In this document: in pieces, positions 1 to 6,758 of the stretch
Position numbering within the stretch: the stretch's first letter is position 1
Layout of the letters: each line of letters opens with the position of its first letter
Assembly: GCA_013416795.1 (NCBI GenBank)
Contig: RQSC01000005.1
Location: forward strand, 193,590-205,852
Source of the DNA: Prasinococcaceae sp. CCMP 1430
Taxonomy: Eukaryota; Plantae; Prasinodermophyta
Reading direction: 5' to 3'
DNA: 12,263 nt
Translations under genes and position numbers: made by a program
Notes under the pieces: model-generated
What the model was told of the DNA's origin: nothing
The model's database searches: none
The model's input: only the letters and a program-made list of their open reading frames with translations

Positions 1-70
1 GCGCGGCGCGGCGCGGCGGCGACCGCGGACGCGTGCGGTGGTGCGCGGAGAGGTCGTCGACGCTGGGCGC

Positions 71-740
71 ATGGAGGACGCGATCGATCAGCTGGCCGCG
101 CGCTGCGGCGAGCTGCTCGTGGCAAAGGGCGCGGGCGAGCGCGTGGTGATTGGCATCGCCGGCGCGCCGGGCTCGGGCAAGTCGACGCTTGCCCGCGAGC
201 TCTCCAGGGCGCTCGGCGAAAGCGCGGTTGCTGTGGGAATGGACGGCTACCACCTGCCACGGGCGGCGCTCGACGCCGAGGGAATGGCACGCCGCGGCGC
301 GCCCTTCACCTTCGACGCGCGCGCGTTCGTAGCCGCCGCGCGCACCCTCTCGGACTGCAGCGCGCGTGTCCTGTGGCCAGGATTTGACCACGGCGTGGGC
401 GACCCGGTCGAGGGGCAGATCGCCATCATGCCGGAAGCGAGGGTCGTCATTTGCGAGGGCAACTACTTGATGCTGGACGCGCCCGTCTGGGAGGAGCTTG
501 CGGCGCCCGGAGTGTTCGATGAGCGATGGTTTGTACGAGCCCCCCGTCGACGAGTGCTGTGCGCGCGTGCGGGCGCGCCAGCTCGCCGTCGGTAGGCCTG
601 AGGAGGTGGCGGTCGCCAAAACCTCCGTCGGCGGGAGCGACTGGCTCAACGCCACGCTCGTCGCCTCGGACGGCTGCGAGGACCGCGCGGACGTCGTGGT
701 TGTGAGCAGGCCGTTCGAGGGCGGCGTGCCACGAGCGTAG
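71..740 (+). CDS. P-loop kinase of the uridine/pantothenate kinase-like family (YggC/Yfh7-like), with an apparent 1-nt frameshift at 540-545
   Basis: Contains Walker A GIAGAPGSGKST and family-typical motifs MDGYHL, RRGAPFTFD, EGNYL and FDERWF. Removing one C from the C6 run at 540-545 joins FDERWFVRAP to VDECCARVRARQLAVGRPEEVA...DWLNATLV (frame of ORF 498..740), giving 222 aa from ATG 71 to TAG 738-740. The frame is also open to the window 5' edge (RGAARRRPRTRAVVR), so the true start may lie upstream. Confidence 0.85.
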
Positions 741-757
741 TCTCTAGCTACAATAGC

Positions 758-788
758 CTCTCTCTCTCTCTCTCTCTAGCTAGCTAGC
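758..788. repeat. (CT)10 microsatellite followed by (TAGC)3
   Basis: Read directly: ctctctctctctctctctct at 758-777, then tagctagctagc at 777-788, just downstream of the kinase stop. Confidence 0.9.
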
Positions 789-1088
789 GTCAGCAGCAAC
801 CTCAGTAAGTGTCGTATGTTGTGGTTGCGTCGCCTGGGGATGCATTGTAGTGTTGTTTCGACTGGGTTCAGACCGAGCGGTCCGCAGTGCCTGCGTTCGC
901 TCTTCGCGCGTGCCGCGGCGCGGACGGCAGGGACGCAGACGCCGGGGGCGAGCGCCACACCGCACGCGCCAATGTGGGCGGGGATAGTGGAGCGAGGGGA
1001 CGCGGTGGGACGCGTGGCGGCCGCAGCCCGCGCACGGGTGGCGGCGAGGAGGCGCGCCTCGCGCCCCGCGCGCCCCGCGCCGGCGAGG

Positions 1089-1913
1089 ATGTGCGCTGCT
1101 GAGTTCGTGCCGGCCAAGACGCCGTGCCAGGTGGCCGTCTACGGTGCGCACGCGCGAGGGCGCGCGCGACCTCGCGCCACTGTGCGCGCCCATGACGTGT
1201 TCTGACGGTGAGTGCCGCCCCGAATTGGCGCCTCACGCGCAGGAACGCTGCTCTCGGGATGCCGCAACCACCACCTCATGGAAAACTGTGAGCTCGTGGG
1301 CGCGGGCGAGGCGAGCGGCGTGGCCATCTTCGCGCACCTCGGCGTGCGCTGCCCAGCGGCGTCTCTCATGGATGGCGCCACGGCGCGCGTGGAGGTGTAC
1401 CGCGTGCCGGATGACGAGGCGATGGCAGGCCTCGACAAGCTCGAGTGCTACCCTGAGTGGTACAACCGAGACCTTTTGCCCATAACCCTCAGCGACAGCG
1501 GCGCCAAGACCAAGGCATGGCTGGTGCGTGAGCGCGCGCGGGGCCCCGAGACATCGCGCCCTTGCAAAGCTGTGCGCGCGTGCTCACTCTCTCCACCTCT
1601 CCTTATCTTCCACGATCGCACGCCCTCAGTACTACATGGCCGAGAACGAGGCGAGCCGCGGCGGAGAGGCTGAGCGCATCGAGAGTGGCAGCTGGAAGGT
1701 GGGTACACACGTGCCCAATTACAGCTGTGCTCGCAGCCCTGCTTGGAACGGCGTGCTCACACTGTGCGGCGCGCGCGCGCGCGCGCGCTGCCCTGCGCCC
1801 TGCGCGCTGCCCGCGCTTACGGCACTTCCACCCTTCAGGCTTACCTCGACAGCCAAAATTGGCCGTACGACAAGCACACGGACATCCAGCGCCCGCCCAA
1901 GCAGAGCGCATGA
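1089..1913 (+). CDS. Gamma-glutamylcyclotransferase (GGCT/AIG2-like/YtfP fold), 4 exons, about 159 aa
   Basis: Exons 1089-1143, 1243-1523, 1630-1698 and 1839-1913 splice in phase. They rebuild VAVY-G-TL (the VYGTL motif, split by intron 1), NHHLM, EVYRV, LDKLE with the conserved Glu, AWL-YYM and RIESGSWK-AYL, ending at TGA 1911-1913. An in-frame upstream ATG at 972 could add an Arg/Ala-rich targeting peptide. Confidence 0.88.
1144..1242 (+). other. Spliceosomal intron 1 of GGCT (99 nt)
   Basis: Donor GTGCGC, acceptor CGCAG, CTCAC branch-like motif at 1232-1236. Splicing restores the G of VYGTL (g|ga). Confidence 0.85.
1524..1629 (+). other. Spliceosomal intron 2 of GGCT (106 nt)
   Basis: Donor GTGCGT, pyrimidine-rich 3' half, acceptor CTCAG. 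The phase-0 junction gives AWL|YYM. Confidence 0.85.
1699..1838 (+). other. Spliceosomal intron 3 of GGCT (140 nt), containing (GC)10 at 1769-1788
   Basis: Donor GTGGGT, CTTAC branch-like motif at 1816-1820, acceptor TTCAG. The phase-0 junction gives SGSWK|AYL. Confidence 0.8.
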
Positions 1914-2104
1914 GAATCGCGCGCAAGTGCGCAACTGCTTTATCAAGGAAGCTGCTGAAGGGTTACGCCGTGGCTTGGCACGAGCGGCGCCCTTGACCTC
2001 GACGGCGCGCTCGCCCTTGCACGCTGCGACCCCTGTATTGTACCATTCTTTCTTTCCTATGCCCGCCTACAAAATACACTGACGTCACGGACGGCTGCGA
2101 GCAC

Positions 2105-2501
2105 TCACTTTGCAGTGCCGCCCTTCCCAGCGACGCCGCTCTCGTCGGGAGCTGCGGCATCGTCGCTATCGTCGCTCACCTTTGGCCTGCACGCGAACCT
2201 TATCGCGCGCGCCTTCTGCATTGCGAGCATGAGGTCGCGAGCCTCGGCGCCACTGACGCCCTTTTGCGCACCGAGCACCACCTGGAGCACGCGCGCGCGG
2301 TCAGAGGTGCCATCACGCGCACGCAGGGCCGCGCACACGTGCCGATGCGCCTGCGGGCGAGGGCAGCGCACGTACGTCGACGGCCTCGTCGCACTTCCCC
2401 TCGTCCACCAGGGCATGGACGCGTTCGGAGAACAAATCGGCGTGCCGCTCATAGAAATTGCGCATGGTGTGCTCGTCTTCACCCAGAGCACTCCCGTCCA
2501 C
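2105..2501 (-). CDS. Hypothetical protein, at least 2 exons, 5' end unresolved
   Basis: An exon encoding ALGEDEHTMRNFYERHADLFSERVHALVDEGKCDEAVD ends at 2376. It joins in phase across a 94-nt intron (2375 to 2282; GTACGT...CTGAC...CCAG) to VVLGAQKGVSGAEARDLMLAMQKARAIRF...GGTAK, stop TGA at 2107-2105. An in-frame ATG lies at 2464, and the frame stays open up to a stop at 2666-2664. I recognise no domain. Confidence 0.6.
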
Positions 2502-2953
2502 CGCCTGGGCAGCGTGGCCGGCAGCACGCAGCGACGCCCGCTCGCCCGTTTCGCCCGCTCCAGCCTTGGCACTGCAGCGGGCGCCCTGCCTTCGGCCCGC
2601 GCGGCGCCCCCAGTGCGCTCCCGCGCGCGCTCCCGCGTTTCTCGCGCCCTTTCCGAACAGAGGTCATTTGCTACCAGGCCACCGGTCCCCCCTCTCCACG
2701 GCGCGCGGCGCGGCGCGCACGAGCTCCGCGGCGCGCCACACGCACCACGCGCGGCACGCAACGCCCCCACCCCGCCTCCTCTCCGCGCGCGCGGCGTGTG
2801 GCACGCGCGCAAGAGAGAGAGGGAGGCGCTCGCTCGACGCGCCTTTTTTCGCCACGTGGCGCTCACACGCCCGCGCGGCGATATTATTTGGCGCGCAAGG
2901 TTTGGGGCCTACCATCAAATGGTACGTGGAATACCCTGGTCAGGGAAGGGGCC

Positions 2954-2976
2954 TTTAGGGAAACTTTATAGGGTTT
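2954..2976. promoter_or_regulatory. Telo-box-like motifs (TTTAGGG; AAACCCTA on the minus strand) overlapping a TATAAA on the minus strand
   Basis: tttaggg at 2954-2960, tttata at 2965-2970 and tagggttt at 2969-2976, within the divergent intergenic region between genes 3 and 4. Function is inferred only. Confidence 0.4.
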
Positions 2977-3058
2977 ACACGAGGCTCAAACTAGATCACT
3001 GTGCACTACGAAGCGTAGTCGGATCGGCCGATCGAGCCGCGCTGCCCCCCCCCCCCCC

Positions 3059-3153
3059 NNNNNNNNNNNNNNNNNNNNNNNNNNNNNNNNNNNNNNNNNN
3101 NNNNNNNNNNNNNNNNNNNNNNNNNNNNNNNNNNNNNNNNNNNNNNNNNNNNN
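3059..3153. other. Assembly gap (95 N) preceded by a C14 run
   Basis: The N run is read directly; the C run occupies 3045-3058. Confidence 0.98.
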
Positions 3154-3229
3154 CGCGCGCGCGGCGGCCGGCGCGCGCCAGGGTGCACCGGCGAGGCACG
3201 CGCGGCGGGACCGGCGGAGATGAGATGGT

Positions 3230-3249
3230 GGGTGGGTGGGTGGGTGGGG
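3230..3249 (+). repeat. (GGGT)4GGGG, potential G-quadruplex
   Basis: Five G-tracts separated by single T, about 280 nt upstream of the protease ATG. Confidence 0.75.
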
Positions 3250-3525
3250 ATGAGGGTGCGCCGGCCGGGCGGTCGGGTAGGCAACCGCGCGGACGAGAGG
3301 CGCGTGCCACTCCCCCACAACACCACACGAACGCGTGCACACGTCGAGGACGCGCCGAGGCCTCTACGTTTCCGGGGCATCCCACGTAGGTAGCCGCGTC
3401 GCGCCCCGCCCGCGTGGACAGGGCCACGCAGCGCGCGGCGACCAGGCCCCGCATAGCAGCGGAGGCCGGGCCACCGCACCCGCAGCCGCCTCGCGCCGCG
3501 CCGAAGTACAGGGGCGCGTGCGAGC

Positions 3526-6525
3526 ATGGGAGTGCAAGCAGTCGCCACCACTCGTGCACCAATCGCTGTGCGACGGCCTCTGGGCCGGCATCCGCCTGCA
3601 GGGCGCGCGCTGGGCTCGCGTGACTCTTCGGCCGCCGGTTGGCACCCAAGCGGGCTCCACTTCGCGCGCATTCTACGCGTGGCAAAGGCATGCGCTTGCG
3701 CCGCGCTTTTGACTGCTGCACCGCCGCGGGGAGTCGGCGCCTTCGAGCTTCCCTCGCCATTGGTCGACGTGAGCTACCTCAGCGGAGGCATTGCCGAGGG
3801 CGAGGCATCCGTGCGCAACGTCGCTGGCACTATCGTCGCGGGGCGGGCTCTCTTCACCGATTCCGTGGCCTATGAGGCACTCGCGGCCTACCGCGAGTAC
3901 CTGGGCGGCCTGGGCGTCGTCACGGTCGCCTCCAACGCTACAGGCACCATCTCGCAGTTGCCTGTCGCTGCGGGAGTCACGGCACAGCTGCGCGCCGTTC
4001 GCTTTGCTAGCGCAGTCACCGACGCCACGCGCTTCGTCGACGGCGCTGGCAGCGCGCTGCCGATGCCCGAGACCATTTGTCTCATCGGCGAGACCGCCAC
4101 GCTGACGTTCGGGCACACCGCCGACCTCACGTACGACAATCCGAATTATGAAGACCCGGCCCCCTCTTCTGCGGGCGCGGGTGCGTCATCTGCAGTGTTC
4201 CCGGTGCACTGCGGCGCGGGATCGGAAGCGCTGGTGTGCGTGACGCCGCTGGGACACGCCGGTGGCTCGAGCGGGCGCGTGGAGTGTGCGGGGGCCACAC
4301 CCAACGCGTACGCAATCGTAGGCGCGATGGCGCCCGCTCCAAAAGACAATCGCACGGCAGCAGAGCTCTCCTCGAGCCTGAGCGCCGTGGCGTATGCGCT
4401 GGACAATGACACGCTGCACCAGACCGACCCCTTCGACAGTTTCCTCTCGGACGATCAGGACGTCAACCTGGCGCAGCTCCTTCCTGGAGACAAGATGTTC
4501 GCGATCTTCGAGGCTGAGGGGCTCGTCGGCGGAGACGAGGACGGGGGTGATCAAGCCCTCGCGCCGGGAGGAGAGAGCCGCCGCCATCTCTCCGATGAAT
4601 CTGGCACGGTTGACTGCATTACACTTGGCGTAGACACCACCCCGGGCATGGCGGGCGACTTCGGTAGCGCCCTGGCCGCAGCAAACTACATCACGCAGAT
4701 CTACGCCGCAGTGTCCCACATCTACCAGCGCGACGCCGGCTACCGGCTGCAGCTGGGCTACGTGCGGATCACTTCCCCAGGAAACCCCGCAGTCGACCCG
4801 TATGCAGGCCTCAGCGGAGTGGGTGAGCTCCTCAGCAAGGTGCACGACACATGGCAAGCGCTGCGCGCCGAGAACCCCGCCATTCCAGAGCAACATCTGG
4901 TGCAGCTGCTTACCACGGACGCCGGCGGCGGCGTCGCCTACCTGAACACGCCGTCAGAGGCCATCCCCCGCACGACGATGTGCACGGGGCGCGCCAAGAC
5001 GAGCGTGGCGGGCATCAGCGGCAGCTGGAATCCCACACTTCTCCCGGTGGACAACCTGAATTCGAACGGCGATCTTTACGTCATCGCACACGAGCTGGGG
5101 CACAACCTGGGCACGCCGCACACCCACTCGTGCGGCTGGTACGTTCCACCCATCGACAACTGCGGCGCGAGCTTTGAGGGGTGCGGCGGCAACCAGTGCG
5201 ACTTCGCGCCTGGAGATGCCACCATCATGAGCTACTGCCACTTCTGCCCGACTGGCCTGAGAAACTTGCGCATGGGCTTTCACGAGCGCGTCAAAGCAGT
5301 GCTCGTCAAGGCGCTCGCCAACACCAAAGACACCAGCTGCGCGGTGTGCGCCGCGCCAGGCGCTGGGGGCGGGAGCACGCCGGCACCGACGCCCGCGCCA
5401 ACTCCGGCGCCCACGGCGGCGCCCACGCCCGCGCCTACAGCCGCGCCCGAGGCGAATACTTGCGAGCCTGTCTGCGTGGTGTCGGGTCAGCACGACGCGG
5501 TGGAAGGCGCACCGTCGGCCATCGACGCGATGAACTACGCTGATTGGCAGCTGTGGCCACGCGGATCGAGCGTGGCCTCCACATATGAATCACGCCGAGT
5601 GTGTTCGCGCGGCCTGAAGGTGAACGCAAGGGCCAAGGGCGGCAGCGTGATCTTCGTGCAGCGCGAGCTGCAGCAGAGCGTCAGCGGCGCGTGCGACGCG
5701 GCCTTCCCATCGTTTGGTGCGCTGGCCGACACCTCCGCGCTCTTCCTCGAGTTCTGGCTGCGCCCGCTCGAGGTGCACTACGGCGCGTCGGGACCGGAAG
5801 GCAACTGTCCGACGCTCAACCCGTGGTCGATGCTCTTCCTCACCACCGTCTTTACCGACACCACCGGACAGGGCAGATCGAACAAATTGGGCTGGGAGTG
5901 GACGCCGCTCATCAGCCACGTGGCCACCACCCACCCACGCGGCTGGGGGTGGCCCACCATCGGCGCTTGGACGCGCTTTGTCTATCCCATTGCGTCTCCT
6001 GCCGACAAGGGGGCGTCGTTCGCGTGGAATCGCCTGCAGCTCGCAAACTTCGACCAGCGCGGCTGCGCGCTGCGTTTTGACATGGACGAGGTCAGGCTGC
6101 TCGTCGGGAGCGCCTGCATCCATGAGGAGGAGTTGCCAGGCGGTGAAGGCAACAAGCAATGCACAGCGAGGACGCTCGATGTGAATGGCGATGGCGCCGT
6201 CGACGTGCTCGACCTCAACGCGCTCGCGGCAAACATCACCGCGAGTGGAGGCTTCTCGTACGATCCCACCGCCATTACCTCAAGTGACAGTGGCGCCTTG
6301 GGGAGTGCCGACGACGGCACCGACGGGGAGGTGCTCGCAGAGCAGGAGACACAGATTGGCGAAATCGCTGAAGCGGTGCTGCGCTTGGCAGACGCCGGCC
6401 AGGCGCATCAGGGTGGCACCAACGCAACCATCCAGGTAACGCCTGTGGAGGAGCTCGTGGTTTCGCCGGCGGCCATGGCCGCATCGCTGCCCGACCCGGA
6501 GGCGCTGGACGGCATCGAGCAATGA
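3526..6525 (+). CDS. Probably secreted metzincin zinc metalloprotease (M12/reprolysin-like) with Pro/Thr linker, CBM-like domain and dockerin/EF-hand-like motif; intronless, 999 aa
   Basis: HELGHNLGTPH (HEXXHXXGXXH) at 5089-5121 and Met-turn TIMSYCH at 5221-5241. Upstream GGGVAYL and AVSHIYQRD resemble reprolysin-like bacterial M12 proteins. There is a hydrophobic signal-like stretch at 3688-3741, (TPAP/TAAP)6 at 5377-5448 and DVNGDGAVDVLDL at 6178-6216. Confidence 0.9.
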   Translation: MGVQAVATTRAPIAVRRPLGRHPPAGRALGSRDSSAAGWHPSGLHFARILRVAKACACAALLTAAPPRGVGAFELPSPLVDVSYLSGGIAEGEASVRNVAGTIVAGRALFTDSVAYEALAAYREYLGGLGVVTVASNATGTISQLPVAAGVTAQLRAVRFASAVTDATRFVDGAGSALPMPETICLIGETATLTFGHTADLTYDNPNYEDPAPSSAGAGASSAVFPVHCGAGSEALVCVTPLGHAGGSSGRVECAGATPNAYAIVGAMAPAPKDNRTAAELSSSLSAVAYALDNDTLHQTDPFDSFLSDDQDVNLAQLLPGDKMFAIFEAEGLVGGDEDGGDQALAPGGESRRHLSDESGTVDCITLGVDTTPGMAGDFGSALAAANYITQIYAAVSHIYQRDAGYRLQLGYVRITSPGNPAVDPYAGLSGVGELLSKVHDTWQALRAENPAIPEQHLVQLLTTDAGGGVAYLNTPSEAIPRTTMCTGRAKTSVAGISGSWNPTLLPVDNLNSNGDLYVIAHELGHNLGTPHTHSCGWYVPPIDNCGASFEGCGGNQCDFAPGDATIMSYCHFCPTGLRNLRMGFHERVKAVLVKALANTKDTSCAVCAAPGAGGGSTPAPTPAPTPAPTAAPTPAPTAAPEANTCEPVCVVSGQHDAVEGAPSAIDAMNYADWQLWPRGSSVASTYESRRVCSRGLKVNARAKGGSVIFVQRELQQSVSGACDAAFPSFGALADTSALFLEFWLRPLEVHYGASGPEGNCPTLNPWSMLFLTTVFTDTTGQGRSNKLGWEWTPLISHVATTHPRGWGWPTIGAWTRFVYPIASPADKGASFAWNRLQLANFDQRGCALRFDMDEVRLLVGSACIHEEELPGGEGNKQCTARTLDVNGDGAVDVLDLNALAANITASGGFSYDPTAITSSDSGALGSADDGTDGEVLAEQETQIGEIAEAVLRLADAGQAHQGGTNATIQVTPVEELVVSPAAMAASLPDPEALDGIEQ
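5377..5448 (+). repeat. Six 12-nt coding repeat units encoding TPAP-TPAP-TPAP-TAAP-TPAP-TAAP
   Basis: The amino-acid repeat is near exact while the synonymous positions have diverged. This is a typical flexible, glycosylatable interdomain linker. Confidence 0.9.
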
Positions 6526-6758
6526 GCGAGAGGAACCGACGTCGCTGTGCGGCACTTATTGGTGCAACCACCGAAACGCGCGCGCAGTACCCGCGCACAC
6601 GAGTCAAAACACGCGCAGGCACGGCGATGCGACCGAGGAGTGCGCTGAAGCGGCGCTATTGTTGCACTGCACGCAGTACTAAAGTGAAGTATACACAGTA
6701 GTACACACATATTTTACGCTGCAGGGGCGGCGACGCGGCCGCGTGGGCGCTGCTCCCT

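Noticed and set aside
790-900. Lower-GC stretch checked for a tRNA or snoRNA
   Set aside because: It shows no cloverleaf, T-loop or paired C/D boxes, and is better explained as the kinase 3' UTR containing TGTA.
1202-1213. Perfect GTGAGT donor-like site (1208-1213) inside GGCT intron 1
   Set aside because: Using it would give a 35-nt intron and retain an in-frame TGA at 1203-1205. There is no evidence that it is used.
1769-1788. (GC)10 run and general CGCG clustering (Z-DNA or periodic linker CpG methylation idea)
   Set aside because: The runs are real, but periodicity or enrichment cannot be established by eye. It would need autocorrelation of CG density and methylome data.
3022-3033. 12-bp palindrome GATCGGCCGATC
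   Set aside because: It is short and GC-rich, plausible by chance in this composition, and adjacent to an unreliable gap edge.
2115-3389. 424-aa plus-strand ORF and other ORFs spanning the N gap
   Set aside because: They read through 95 Ns, overlap gene 3 antisense and have low-complexity composition.
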